A stretch of 53,769 nt of DNA from an uncultured bacterium (GTDB lineage: Bacteria; Fidelibacterota; UBA2242; JAFGTP01). The stretch covers positions 1-53,769 of the forward strand of contig CAYYMT010000005.1 in NCBI GenBank assembly GCA_964472715.1, given 5' to 3'. A program made the position numbers and the translations under genes. Below the pieces are notes generated by a model, which saw only the letters and a list, made by a program, of their open reading frames with translations, made no database searches and was not told where the DNA came from. Below, piece after piece: positions 1 to 9,863 of this stretch (positions are counted from its first letter, which is position 1; each line of letters starts with the position of its first letter).

Positions 1-748
1 CTTTGGTGTTGACGGTAAGTTTGGTCAACCGGAATCCACCGGAAATTTTCCGCCTGATATTAGCTCCGAAGACCTCCAGAATATTAAAGATCACACCAAA
101 ACTCAAACCGCCTAAAATGATCAGGGTGGTGATCACCAAATTGATTGAAACATCATCCTTATATTGCATAAAACTATCGGAAAAGAGGGCAAATCCGGCA
201 TTACAAAAAGCGGATACCGAATGAAAAAGTGAGAAGAACAAAGCCTTTTTGCCATGCCCAAAACTTTCGGCAAAATCAAAATAGAGAAAAAAGACACCGA
301 ACAGTTCAATAATAAAGGTAATGACAATAATTTTCACAATAGAACTGGTCAATTTTTGTACATTTTTCACATTCAGCATGTAGGACATTGTCATTTTCTC
401 TTTGACGGAAAATTTTCTGCCCAAAATAAAGGAAGCAAAGTAAGACATGATCATAATACCGAGGCCGCCGGCCTGGATCAAAAGCATAATTATCACCTGG
501 CCAAAGAGGGAAAATTTGGTGGCCGTGTCCTGGACAATCAGCCCGGTAACACACACCGCTGATGTGGATGTAAAAAGCGCGTCGAGGTAACTCAGCCGTC
601 CACTATCGGCGGTGGCAAAGGGAAAGGTCAATAATACGGATCCCAACAATATAATTCCTAAAAAACTGAATAATATGGTCCGTCCCGGATTTTTTGAAAA
701 AAAACCGGTTATGGAATGGGGTTTATATATATAATTTTGTGTTTCCAT
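1..748 (-). CDS. Trk/Ktr-family K+ uptake membrane subunit (TrkH/KtrB-like), 3' end cut by window edge
   Basis: I translated the minus strand by hand from the ATG at 748. It stays open to position 2 (249 codons). The N-terminus reads METQNYIYKPHSITGFF...RLSYLDALFTSTSAVCVTGLIVQDT and later SLFHSVSAFCNAGFALFSD, which are typical TrkH/KtrB pore-loop motifs in a hydrophobic multi-TM sequence. It is absent from the ORF track only because there is no stop codon in the window. Confidence 0.8.
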   Translation of the reverse strand, partial: METQNYIYKPHSITGFFSKNPGRTILFSFLGIILLGSVLLTFPFATADSGRLSYLDALFTSTSAVCVTGLIVQDTATKFSLFGQVIIMLLIQAGGLGIMIMSYFASFILGRKFSVKEKMTMSYMLNVKNVQKLTSSIVKIIVITFIIELFGVFFLYFDFAESFGHGKKALFFSLFHSVSAFCNAGFALFSDSFMQYKDDVSINLVITTLIILGGLSFGVIFNILEVFGANIRRKISGGFRLTKLTVNTK

Positions 749-887
749 TGTGTCGTATTTTTATCATTTCCCATTTTACAAAATCCTCACTCCATAATCA
801 ACTGAAATGTGGACCAAAGTCCGCCTGAAGTTCAATCTGTCCGTCAAAAGCCGGATGTTCCATGAATTTGTCAGAGGGTATTGACAA

Positions 888-1013
888 TTTTCCCACTTCG
901 ATTTTTTGTTCTACACCCTCCTGCACCTCCCTTTTTAGGGAGGACTGGTTGGGGATTGGCATCGACTACGAGCATTCTGTCCTAAGCAAAACAACAGGTT
1001 GCCAATGCGTGTC
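888..1013. repeat. Tandem repeat copy A (126 bp), shorter and less well paired
   Basis: Aligns to 1088-1239 at a 200-bp period. It shares ttttcccact..acaccctcctgcacctc and ctttttagggaggactggt..ggca.cgactacga.cattctgtcct.agca.aacaac.ggttgccaa..gcgtgtc. It lacks the 25-nt block present in copy B. Confidence 0.85.
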
Positions 1014-1087
1014 CCCCTTATAAAAGAGCCTGTCCCGAGACTTCGGGAGGGAACAAGGGGGTTGTAAAACTGATGTCAATGCTAACA

Positions 1088-1239
1088 TTTTCCCACTCCG
1101 ATCTTCAATTTTACACCCTCCTGCACCTCTCCGTCGTATACCGGACAAAGTTGCCTTTTTAGGGAGGACTGGTCGGGGGGCTGGCAACGACTACGATCAT
1201 TCTGTCCTGAGCAGAACAACTGGTTGCCAAAAGCGTGTC
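1088..1239. repeat. Tandem repeat copy B (152 bp), with intact nested hairpins
   Basis: Same unit as 888-1013 plus the insertion tccgtcgtataccggacaaagttgc. It contains the nested stems tggcaac/gttgcca and ttctg/cagaa. It is flanked on both sides by gatgtcaatg (1071-1080 and 1241-1250). Confidence 0.85.
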
Positions 1240-1276
1240 GGATGTCAATGAGCAATTATCTCAGATCGAACTTTTA

Positions 1277-1309
1277 CAACAAAAAAAGACCACTCAAAAC
1301 GGGTGGCCT
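1277..1309 (-). terminator. Rho-independent terminator of the rplS operon
   Basis: On the minus strand, aggccac-ccgttttga-gtggtct forms a 7-bp stem with one G.U pair, followed by tttttttgttg. It lies 28 nt downstream of the rplS stop. Confidence 0.65.
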
Positions 1310-1336
1310 TTAAAGAATTATCTGATTGATATATAC

Positions 1337-1678
1337 TTAATCAATTGCTCTGATTCTGGCAGCTTTGCCGGTCAGGTTGCGCAGATAATAGAGTTTGGCG
1401 CGGCGAACTCTTCCTGTCGCGGTTTTGTGAATCGTTTTGATTTTGGGTGAATGAAGCGGAAAAATTCTTTCCACACCATAACCGCCGGAAAGTTTACGCA
1501 CAGTAAAAGTTTCCTGAATACCACTGCCTTTGCGGGCAATCACAATACCTTTAAATTTCTGAATTCGTTCTTTTGAACCTTCAATAATTCTTACATCAAC
1601 TTCAACAGTATCACCGGCTTTAAAGTCCGGAATATCGTCTCTCAACTGTGATGCTGTCGCTGCGGCTAATTTATCCAT
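1337..1678 (-). CDS. rplS: 50S ribosomal protein L19
   Basis: 113 aa. The stretch [48 protein letters not shown] is canonical L19. It is the last gene of the trmD operon. Confidence 0.97.
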   Translation of the reverse strand: MDKLAAATASQLRDDIPDFKAGDTVEVDVRIIEGSKERIQKFKGIVIARKGSGIQETFTVRKLSGGYGVERIFPLHSPKIKTIHKTATGRVRRAKLYYLRNLTGKAARIRAID

Positions 1679-1692
1679 TTTAGGCCTCCAAT

Positions 1693-2388
1693 CTATTTAT
1701 TTTCTTTATTTTCCAATAAGTCTTGTCTTCTGCTTTTTGTTCTCTCATAGCGTTGTTGATCTCTCCATTGGGCAATTTTGGCATGATGCCCCGATAATAA
1801 TATGTCCGGTACTTTCAGGCCGCGGTATTCCCTGGGCTTCGTATAGATCGGCCCTTCCAGCATATCATCGGCAAAGGAATCGGTTTCTGCAGAATCATAG
1901 TCATGCAGGACGCCGGGTATATGCCGAATGCAGGCGTCGATAATCGCCAGTGTCGGCAATTCACCGCCGGTCAGTACAAAATCACCCAGACTGATCTCAT
2001 CGGTTACCAGTTCATCAATTACTCTTTCGTCCACACCTTTGTAATGGCCGCAAAAAAAGGTCAGGTCTTCTTCCCGCGCCAGATCCAGTGACATTTTGTG
2101 AGTGAATACCTTGCCCTGGGGTGAAGGAAAAATCACTCGCGGGCATTCCTTGCTCAGAATTTCACAAATCTTGTCATGAGCGCGAAAAAAGGGTTCCGGT
2201 TTCATCACCATGCCGGCGCCGCCGCCAAAGGGCGAATCATCGATTTGCCGGTGTTTGTCACGGGTGAAGTCGCGGATATCCCAGATTTCAAATTCCACCA
2301 GATCCATTTCCCGGGCTTTTCTGATCATGCTCTCGGTCAGGTAGGCTTCCATTATCTGGGGAAATGCAGTGACAATAAAAATCTTCAT
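1693..2388 (-). CDS. trmD: tRNA (guanine37-N1)-methyltransferase
   Basis: 231 aa. [30 protein letters not shown] matches the TrmD signature, and the gene sits between rimM and rplS. Confidence 0.97.
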   Translation of the reverse strand: MKIFIVTAFPQIMEAYLTESMIRKAREMDLVEFEIWDIRDFTRDKHRQIDDSPFGGGAGMVMKPEPFFRAHDKICEILSKECPRVIFPSPQGKVFTHKMSLDLAREEDLTFFCGHYKGVDERVIDELVTDEISLGDFVLTGGELPTLAIIDACIRHIPGVLHDYDSAETDSFADDMLEGPIYTKPREYRGLKVPDILLSGHHAKIAQWRDQQRYERTKSRRQDLLENKENK

Positions 2389-2889
2389 TTAGACCAGCCC
2401 TTCAATCAATTTCACCACCACTTCTCTGTTTGTCCAGTCAATGGTTTTGACAAATTCCTCTACAAAGGGCAGCATCCTGATCGCTTCGCCGGTATCAAAA
2501 ACAATTATATCCTGCATGGCGCCGGATTCAATATCGACAATTTCACCAATTGCTTTGCCGGTATCGATGTCGATCAATTCAAATCCGATGGCCTCAAAAA
2601 CCGTTTTCTCAGCCAGGGCCGTCGCTTCGATATACACATTCAGTCCTTTGAGAAATTTTGCTTCTTCCGGAGTTTCAACATTTCGCAATTTCAAAAAAAC
2701 TTTGTTGCCTGATACACGTTTGTTCTCTATTTCCCATGAAGAAAGGTGATTGGGATTATCTCCCAACCACACACTCTTCAAATCATTGGTAAACTTAATA
2801 TTCTCGTTATTAATAGTAATTAAAATTTCGCCTTTTGTCCCATGAGATTTAACGATACTTCCCAGGAATAAAAGGCTGTTACTATCCAT
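2389..2889 (-). CDS. rimM: 16S rRNA processing protein RimM
   Basis: 166 aa. The N-terminal LGSIVKSHGTKGEILI motif, a PRC-barrel-like C-terminus, and abutment to trmD support the call. Confidence 0.9.
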   Translation of the reverse strand: MDSNSLLFLGSIVKSHGTKGEILITINNENIKFTNDLKSVWLGDNPNHLSSWEIENKRVSGNKVFLKLRNVETPEEAKFLKGLNVYIEATALAEKTVFEAIGFELIDIDTGKAIGEIVDIESGAMQDIIVFDTGEAIRMLPFVEEFVKTIDWTNREVVVKLIEGLV

Positions 2890-2901
2890 GGTTTGATAGG
2901 A

Positions 2902-3135
2902 TTATTCTACTATTTCAAGAATAGCTCTTTTTTGTCCAGATTTAGCTGCGGCAGCAGTCAGAAGAGTTCTGATGGCTTTTGCAGTTCTTCCGCTTTTACC
3001 AATAACTTTTCCCAAGTCGCCTTCTTTTACCTGAAGTTCCAGAATAGTGGTTTTTTCACTGTCGATCTGGGTAACTTTTACATCATCAGGATGGTCAACC
3101 AGTTTCTTCACGATATACTCTACGAATTCTTGCAT
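2902..3135 (-). CDS. KH-domain RNA-binding protein (YlqC/UPF0109 family)
   Basis: 77 aa with a GKVIGKSGRTAKAIRTLL KH GXXG motif. It occupies the conserved position between rpsP and rimM. Confidence 0.85.
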   Translation of the reverse strand: MQEFVEYIVKKLVDHPDDVKVTQIDSEKTTILELQVKEGDLGKVIGKSGRTAKAIRTLLTAAAAKSGQKRAILEIVE

Positions 3136-3254
3136 AACTATCTCCTTATTGCTAGTTTCTAGAGAACAAATAATTTATCAAACGCACTTTTTTCATAATG
3201 AGAAAATTATCACGAATAAAGCTAATTTAAAAGAATTTTTTATTCTTCTGCTTG

Positions 3255-3704
3255 CTATTCGTTTTTTTCTTCTGCTGCCGGTTCATCGGCTTCCGGTTCA
3301 ACAACCGGCTCATCCGCTGTTTCTTCTTCGGCTTGTTTTTTCAATTTTTCATCTTGTTCTGCGCGGCTCTTGTCTTCTAATTCTTTTTTCTTCAGTTCCC
3401 ATTTCTGCATTTCAATCTGACGTGTTTTTTCATCCGCCTTGTTTCTTTCCAGGTGGTATTCCAGAGCGATGCCGGCATCGCGGAATAAATTGTGAACTGT
3501 TTCGGAAGGAAGAGCGCCTTTTCTCATCCATTCCAATGCTTTTTCTTTATCAATTGTGACTTCTGCAGGTTCTGATGTTGGATTAAAAAAACCGATTTTT
3601 TCGATGTAAGAACCTCTGGTTCCTTTACGTTTATCTGTTACAACTATTCTGTACATCGGATTTTTCTTTTTACCTACGCGAAATAATCTGATTTTTACAG
3701 CCAA
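3255..3704 (-). CDS. rpsP: 30S ribosomal protein S16 with a charged C-terminal extension
   Basis: The N-terminus MAVKIRLFRVGKKKNPMYRIVVTDKRKGTRGSYIEKIGFFNP is canonical S16. About 65 extra E/K/A-rich residues follow. Confidence 0.95.
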   Translation of the reverse strand: MAVKIRLFRVGKKKNPMYRIVVTDKRKGTRGSYIEKIGFFNPTSEPAEVTIDKEKALEWMRKGALPSETVHNLFRDAGIALEYHLERNKADEKTRQIEMQKWELKKKELEDKSRAEQDEKLKKQAEEETADEPVVEPEADEPAAEEKNE

Positions 3705-3725
3705 GAATTATCCTCCTTAAATTAG

Positions 3726-5054
3726 TTAAAAGCCGCCCTTAAAAGCAGATGCTAAATTTTTTGGTAATTTCATTTTACCGATCTGCCTGGTCAGCTTTTT
3801 TACCTGGTTATATTGTTTTATTAATCTGTTGACATCACTTACGTGTGTTCCGCTTCCGGAAGCAATTCGTTTACGACGGCTGCCGTTTAATATTTGCGGC
3901 TTGCTTCGTTCCTTTTTAGTCATGGACAAAATAATTGCTTCCATTCTATCTATCTCTTTGGGATCGATGTTTGGTTTTTTGGCGGCGTTTTTAAAAGCGC
4001 CCGGCATCATATCCAAAATATTTTCCAAGGGTCCCATTTTTTTCATTTGTCGAATCTGGGATAAATAATCCTCCAGATCGAATTGTTGCTGCATGATCCG
4101 CTTTTCAAGCCTGGCGGCGGCCTCTTCATCCACGGTTGTCTGAACCTTTTCCACCAGGGAGACAACATCGCCCATTCCCAGAATCCGGTCCGCCATACGG
4201 CCGGGATGAAATTCTTCGAGGTCTTCCAGTTTTTCGCCGGTACTGAGATAAGCGATCGGTTTGCCGGTGGATTCTACAATGGACAGAGCGGCACCGCCTT
4301 TGGTGTCACTGTCCATCTTAGTCAGGACAATGGCATCGAAGCCGATCTGGCTCTGGAATTCCTGGCCGGTATTCACGGCGTCCTGTCCGGTCAATCCGTC
4401 GGCGACAAAAAATATATTGTTCGGCGAAACAAGCTTTTTGATCATTTCCAGTTCTTTCATCATATCGCTGTCGATATGCAGACGGCCGGCAGTATCAATG
4501 ATCAAATAATCCTGATTGTTTTTTCGCGCATGAGAAACAGCGGCCTTGACCCGGCTTTTTACGCGGCGTTTTTCCGTATAAACCGGCACGTCGATCTGTT
4601 TCCCCAAAACTTCCAATTGTTCGACGGCCGCAGGCCGGTAAACATCAACTGGCACCAATAAGGGTTTTTTGCCCTCGTTTTTCAATTTTCGGGCAAGTTT
4701 ACCTGACAAGGTTGTTTTGCCGCAACCCTGTAATCCCACCAGCATAATCACGGTGGGCGGAATATTAGCAGTTTTCAGTTTGTAAGGATTCCGGCCCAGC
4801 AGATTTTTTAATTCATCACTGATGATCTTAACGATCACCTGTCCCGGCTTCAGGCTTTTGGCGACATCAGCGCCAATGGCTTTTTCCTGGACACGACTGG
4901 TAAATTCCTTAACAACTTTATAGTTCACGTCGGCTTCCAATAAAACACGACGGACATTACGCATAGAATCACGGATATTGCTTTCCGTGATTTTCCCTTC
5001 ACCGCGAAGAGACTTTACAATTTTTCCAAAACCATCCTGTAACTGATCTAGCAT
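3726..5054 (-). CDS. ffh: Signal recognition particle protein Ffh
   Basis: 442 aa. It has the GLQGCGKTTLSGKLA P-loop, DTAGRL, TKMDSDTKGGAALS, and a methionine-rich M domain. Confidence 0.97.
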   Translation of the reverse strand: MLDQLQDGFGKIVKSLRGEGKITESNIRDSMRNVRRVLLEADVNYKVVKEFTSRVQEKAIGADVAKSLKPGQVIVKIISDELKNLLGRNPYKLKTANIPPTVIMLVGLQGCGKTTLSGKLARKLKNEGKKPLLVPVDVYRPAAVEQLEVLGKQIDVPVYTEKRRVKSRVKAAVSHARKNNQDYLIIDTAGRLHIDSDMMKELEMIKKLVSPNNIFFVADGLTGQDAVNTGQEFQSQIGFDAIVLTKMDSDTKGGAALSIVESTGKPIAYLSTGEKLEDLEEFHPGRMADRILGMGDVVSLVEKVQTTVDEEAAARLEKRIMQQQFDLEDYLSQIRQMKKMGPLENILDMMPGAFKNAAKKPNIDPKEIDRMEAIILSMTKKERSKPQILNGSRRKRIASGSGTHVSDVNRLIKQYNQVKKLTRQIGKMKLPKNLASAFKGGF

Positions 5055-5310
5055 TTTTCTTTCCAGTAACCAAACTTGAATAAAGCGAGTAAATTTAATT
5101 TTTCGTTTAACTTAATGCAAGTCAAAATAAAAATTAAATTTATACTATAAAGAAGAGCTTTCCAAGTAATTTTCACCATCTTTAAAAAGGCCGTTTTGTC
5201 GTCGGGAAATCTGATTATACTCCGGTTTTCCGGGAACTTTTATCAGTTTCTGTGATTGCAATTACTAAGAAGTAATGATAAATTTCAAAATTATAATTTG
5301 AAGGATCAGT

Positions 5311-8300
5311 ATGAATAAACACAGACTTTTTTTCTTGTACCTGTTTTTTTTATTGTTAATCACCAATACCTTTGCCTATGACCTCAAAAACATTGAGGAG
5401 TCTGCCGGTCAACTTCGCTTTAGGATTGTCAACACTTCGTCACCGGAATACGGGAAAGACCCACTGATGCCGGAGGAAAATTTTCTGCTCATGGAAAACG
5501 CGAAGTATAGTCACCATGATGACATTGGTCTTCCCTATTGGTCCTTCAAGATCGCACTTCCTGACACGCAGAAACCCAGGGTCACCCTAACTAATCTGCA
5601 AACCGCCGCTTACGAAAACAGGGAATCCGTTGCATTGCCGGAAAAACAACCACTTTATGAGGTCAGCAATATCGGCTATGCCGGTGCCACGCCGGTAATG
5701 GAATTAAAGATCTTCCCGTTGCAAGCGGGAGAATCCGGGAATCAGTTACAGTACATCACAACAGCGGGAATTCAAATTGATTTCGCCACTCCATCCCGGC
5801 AGAAAGTAAATCAAGAAGGTATTTCCAATCCCGCTTTTGTCAATCAATACGCGGCAGAAGCCTTCAAACAATATCCAAAACCTCAACTATCTCTGGCCAA
5901 ACCCGGCTTTCCTGCCGGACAATGGTTCCGCGTCACCATCAGCGACCGTACCGAATATGAATTCAACAATGAATCGGAAATCAGCAATATTTACAAAATT
6001 ACCTATGAAGATCTGCAGGAAGCCGGACTGGAAGAAAACCAAATCACCAAAGACCGGATTTTTCTCTATTCCAATCCCACTTTCGGGCAATTCATCACTG
6101 ATGAACCCAACCAGCCTCTTCATGAAATTACCCGCGCCTTTTCCAAGGGAAACAGTGGTTCCTTTACGGAAAATGACTACATTTATTTTTATGGTAAAAC
6201 ACCCACTGGATTGTACCTGAACAACCTGAATGAGGTGGATTTTCTGCGCAATCCCTACAGCTTTGAAAATTACTACTGGGTTCTGGTGGCTGACAATGCC
6301 GGCGACCCGAAAACAATTACCCTAAAGGGAAAAAACAATAATACGCCGGATCACTATGCTGATACAACCGATTATTTATATCGCAAGGAACAGGAAAATT
6401 TCAATGTGCTGGAATCGGGCAATAATTGGTACTACCAGATTTTCGATGATGTAGGCGGCACGAGCAATCTTTCTTTTTATCTGCCCAATGCTGATCAGGA
6501 TTATACCGCTGACCTGGAAATGCGGTTTAAATCCGGAACAGACGGCTATAAAGATGTACAGTTTTTCGAAGTACAACTGAACAATAATTTACTGAACAGA
6601 TTCAGTGTGGGAAAATACAATACACGAACTTTATTTTTTGCCAAAAGAAGGATGACACCGGGGCGGAACTCCTTCCGCATGGAATTTTATAAGGGGAGCG
6701 GCAAAGGCTATCTGGATTATATCCAATGCAAATATGTCATTAAAATGACTAATATTGATAAAAATTTTAATTTTTACGGACCGGAAGAGAGCGGAAATAT
6801 CGGGTTTACATTACAGGAAAAATATACCGACACACCAATGGTTTTTGATATTTCCGATCCGAGAAATGTAAAACAGGTCCAAATCGAACATAGTGATCCC
6901 GAAATCACCTTTACCGATTATAATCCTGTGAACCGGAACACTTATCTTTTAACATCAGAAACTAATTTTTCTGTTCCGGATGCAATCAAAGAAGTTGACG
7001 CGCCTGATTTCAATTCCCTCTATGATAATAAAGACGCCCAATACATAATCATTACAAATGACAAATTTCTTTCTGCCGCATCGCGAATCGCCGAACTGCA
7101 TAACTCTAAGGTAAAGGAAGACCACCGCTTATCAACCTTTATTACCACCCAGGACGAGATCATGCGTCAGTTCAATGGCGATGTCAAGGATGTGGAAGCG
7201 ATCCGTTACTTTCTGAAGTACGCCTATGATAACTGGTCTGTCAAACCGGAATATGTGCTCCTGCTTGGTGACGGCAGTTTTGATCATCGCAATATTAAAA
7301 AAAGCAGTCATAACTACATCATGACTTACCAGGTTTTTTATTATGACGCCGGGTATGAATTTTTCTCAACGGATTTTTGCTACAGCCACATTCATGGCAA
7401 TGATAAATGGCCGGATTTGGCTATCGGCCGTATTCCTGCCCAAACGGAACAGGAGGCAATGAATTATGTTGCAAAACTGGAGGATTATATACTCAATCCC
7501 GATTATGGTAGCTGGCGGCATACTTTTTCATTGGTGGCCGATGATCCGGAAGACCCCCATTCCGGTGAAACCTATTTTACCGAAGACAGCGAAACACTGG
7601 CTAACAAAATTTTACCGGACTTGTTCGATCCGAAAAAACTTTACCTGGTGGCTTACCCCGACGCTCAGGACGACTCCAAGTATGGTCGCAAAAAACCGGC
7701 TGCCACCCAGGCGATCCTGGGCCAACTAAAAGAAGGAACGACTATAATCAATTATATGGGACATGGCGGACCGGACACCTGGTCCCAGGAAAAAGCTTTT
7801 ACCAGTGAAAATTTGCCGGAATTATCCAATGATAACAAACTGCCTTTCTGGATTGCCGGCACCTGTACCTGGGGAAAATATGATGAAATCACCAATCAGT
7901 CCACGCCGGAAGAATTGATCAATATGTCCCGGGACGGTGGTATTGCCACCCTGGCAGCCACCCGCCCTACTTACGGATTGGATAATTTCCAATTTCTCAC
8001 CCGCTTGTTTAATTATTGGTTCCCGGCCGGAAAAATAAACAAACATCGCCTGGGAAAAATCCTGCAGGAAAATATCAATGGCGCGGACAGACGCAATGAC
8101 GCCAAATACATTTATTTCGGTGACCCGGCGCTCTACCTGGCCCTGCCCTATGATGAAGGGACTTTTGATGACCTGGAACAGGATACACTTAAAGCACTGG
8201 ATAATATCAAAGTCAATGGGGCGACGATGGATAAGAATTTCACCGGCGAAGCCCTGGTGACACTGCGGGACGCCAGCCGGGTGGTTACCAAATATTATCT

Positions 8301-9177
8301 CAATGATGACAATGTACGCAAATCCATTAATTATAAACTTCCCGGCGATCTCTTGTTCAAAGGTAAAGTGAACGTAGAAAATGGAAAATTCGCTTCCAGT
8401 TTTTTTATCCCCAAAGACCTGAACTATAGTGATGATTTCGGGAAATTACATATTTACGGGTGGAATAGCGATGATCAGAGTGAATTTGCCGGTGTTTATG
8501 ATTCACTGATCTTTGCCGGCTCAGCATCCATTACCGATTCTACCGGTCCGGTGATTCAACTGAAAAAAAACAATGACATTTTTTACGACGGCGGTCTGAT
8601 CAACAGTAATGACCGGGTGGCGATGCACATCAGTGACGAACATGGGATTAACCTGACCGGCAAAATGGGACACAATATTTCGGTTCAATTGGATGATGAA
8701 ACCTATGATTTCACTACTGATTTTGCCTATGATGAAAATAGCGATACTTCCGGCGCAGCTGTTGTGGATTTACCGGAGAGCATGGAGCCGGGCGAGCATT
8801 ATCTGACTATCAAGGCCTGGGACAATGCCAATAACAGCAACCTGCTGAGCCTCAGTTTCAATTACTCTCAAAGCACTGAATTTAAAATATCCAAAATCGC
8901 CAATTACCCCAATCCTTTTAAAAAGCAGACAGATATTACTTTTTACAGCTCTGAGCCCTGCGAATATACAATTACCATTTACAGCCTCAACGGACTAAAG
9001 ATCAAAGAATTCCGCAATCTCCAGAGTTCGCCCGACGGGTTTAACCGCCTGTTCTGGAATGGCAAAGATGATTTTGGTGATACGGTCGCCCGAGGTACTT
9101 ATCTCTATAAAATCAAGGCCCAGTCAAATCTCACCGATAAAAAGGACGCCCATATCGGCAAAATGGTAAAATCTTAA
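5311..9177 (+). CDS. porU: Peptidase C25 (gingipain-like) family protein with a T9SS C-terminal domain; probable type IX secretion sortase PorU
   Basis: 1288 aa with an N-terminal signal peptide. A caspase-like His/Cys dyad context is present (INYMGHGGPD ... WIAGTCTWGKYD). The C-terminal beta-sandwich tail NYPNPFKKQTDITFYS...GTYLYKIKA resembles Por_Secre_tail/FlgD-Ig. Size and architecture fit PorU. Confidence 0.65.
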   Translation: MNKHRLFFLYLFFLLLITNTFAYDLKNIEESAGQLRFRIVNTSSPEYGKDPLMPEENFLLMENAKYSHHDDIGLPYWSFKIALPDTQKPRVTLTNLQTAAYENRESVALPEKQPLYEVSNIGYAGATPVMELKIFPLQAGESGNQLQYITTAGIQIDFATPSRQKVNQEGISNPAFVNQYAAEAFKQYPKPQLSLAKPGFPAGQWFRVTISDRTEYEFNNESEISNIYKITYEDLQEAGLEENQITKDRIFLYSNPTFGQFITDEPNQPLHEITRAFSKGNSGSFTENDYIYFYGKTPTGLYLNNLNEVDFLRNPYSFENYYWVLVADNAGDPKTITLKGKNNNTPDHYADTTDYLYRKEQENFNVLESGNNWYYQIFDDVGGTSNLSFYLPNADQDYTADLEMRFKSGTDGYKDVQFFEVQLNNNLLNRFSVGKYNTRTLFFAKRRMTPGRNSFRMEFYKGSGKGYLDYIQCKYVIKMTNIDKNFNFYGPEESGNIGFTLQEKYTDTPMVFDISDPRNVKQVQIEHSDPEITFTDYNPVNRNTYLLTSETNFSVPDAIKEVDAPDFNSLYDNKDAQYIIITNDKFLSAASRIAELHNSKVKEDHRLSTFITTQDEIMRQFNGDVKDVEAIRYFLKYAYDNWSVKPEYVLLLGDGSFDHRNIKKSSHNYIMTYQVFYYDAGYEFFSTDFCYSHIHGNDKWPDLAIGRIPAQTEQEAMNYVAKLEDYILNPDYGSWRHTFSLVADDPEDPHSGETYFTEDSETLANKILPDLFDPKKLYLVAYPDAQDDSKYGRKKPAATQAILGQLKEGTTIINYMGHGGPDTWSQEKAFTSENLPELSNDNKLPFWIAGTCTWGKYDEITNQSTPEELINMSRDGGIATLAATRPTYGLDNFQFLTRLFNYWFPAGKINKHRLGKILQENINGADRRNDAKYIYFGDPALYLALPYDEGTFDDLEQDTLKALDNIKVNGATMDKNFTGEALVTLRDASRVVTKYYLNDDNVRKSINYKLPGDLLFKGKVNVENGKFASSFFIPKDLNYSDDFGKLHIYGWNSDDQSEFAGVYDSLIFAGSASITDSTGPVIQLKKNNDIFYDGGLINSNDRVAMHISDEHGINLTGKMGHNISVQLDDETYDFTTDFAYDENSDTSGAAVVDLPESMEPGEHYLTIKAWDNANNSNLLSLSFNYSQSTEFKISKIANYPNPFKKQTDITFYSSEPCEYTITIYSLNGLKIKEFRNLQSSPDGFNRLFWNGKDDFGDTVARGTYLYKIKAQSNLTDKKDAHIGKMVKS

Positions 9178-9192
9178 CATAAGGATAATTTG

Positions 9193-9780
9193 ATGGAACT
9201 GGCCAATAAAAAAATCATTCTCGCCTCTCAATCGCCACGACGGAAAGAAATTCTCACGATGATCGGACTGGAATTCGACATTCGTAAATCCAATTACCAT
9301 GAAAAGCCCATCAACGGAAAAACACCACAAGCAATTGCTGAAATTCACGCACAAAAAAAAGCACTGGATGTGAGTTACCACTATGATAATGGGCTGATTA
9401 TTGGCGCTGATACTATCGTGGTGATCGGCGGTGACATTCTGGGAAAACCTGTTAATGAAGAACATGCCCGGGAAATGCTTCAAAAATTAAGTGGTCAAAC
9501 CCATGAGGTTCTAACGGGAGTCGCGGTCGTCAATGCGGAAAATGATAAACAAATCTCTTTTGTCAGCCGCACAGCCGTAAGCTTTTATGACCTGTCCGAA
9601 ACAGTGATCAATCGTTACCTGGCGGACAATCAATACAGGGACAAGGCCGGTTCCTATGCAATTCAGGATTACAGCGCCCTTTTTGTAAAAAAAATTGACG
9701 GCTGTTTTTATAATGTCGTGGGTTTTCCCGTGGCGGAATTTTACCGGGTTGTATGCAGAGAATTGCAGAATATTCTCTAA
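9193..9780 (+). CDS. maf: Maf-like nucleoside triphosphate pyrophosphatase (septum formation inhibitor family)
   Basis: ILASQSPRRKEIL, GADTIV and KAGSYAIQD are Maf motifs. The ATG at 9193 follows an in-frame TTG at 9190. Confidence 0.9.
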   Translation: MELANKKIILASQSPRRKEILTMIGLEFDIRKSNYHEKPINGKTPQAIAEIHAQKKALDVSYHYDNGLIIGADTIVVIGGDILGKPVNEEHAREMLQKLSGQTHEVLTGVAVVNAENDKQISFVSRTAVSFYDLSETVINRYLADNQYRDKAGSYAIQDYSALFVKKIDGCFYNVVGFPVAEFYRVVCRELQNIL

Positions 9781-9863
9781 TTAAAACTTTATATTGTATT
9801 TTTACGTTTACATCATCTAAATTTCATCATTAACAAATACTAATTTTTAAGACTGGATAGGTT

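Noticed and set aside
3-562. Plus-strand ORFs 3-224 and 254-562, and minus-strand ORFs 133-327 and 306-554, from the track
   Set aside because: All of them lie inside the continuous minus-strand TrkH/KtrB reading frame (748 down to 2), which I verified codon by codon. Their translations are low-complexity shadow frames.
966-1187. 73-aa minus-strand ORF spanning the tandem repeat region
   Set aside because: It is composed of repeat and hairpin sequence, with an Arg/Pro/Gly-rich, non-protein-like translation. It has no RBS.
749-1336. c-di-AMP (ydaO/kimA-type) or other known riboswitch upstream of the K+ transporter gene
   Set aside because: I compared both strands by eye with remembered conserved cores: ydaO, TPP, cobalamin, fluoride and SAM. 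No convincing match was found. It is kept as an unknown structured repeat. A cmscan run would be decisive.
2176-2712. Long antisense ORFs inside known genes: 2176-2712, 4083-4661, 12056-12487, 26005-26325, 28114-28563, 30690-31181, 31857-32336, 35623-36165, 48462-48791 and 49150-49620
   Set aside because: Each lies fully within a confidently identified gene on the opposite strand and translates to low-complexity sequence. These are typical shadow ORFs.
5091-5141. Perfect 13-bp inverted repeat aaatttaattttt-N25-aaaaattaaattt in the ffh/porU divergent intergenic region
   Set aside because: It is composed entirely of A/T within an A/T-rich promoter region. It would make a very weak hairpin and could arise from low complexity. 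It is worth noting only as a possible operator.
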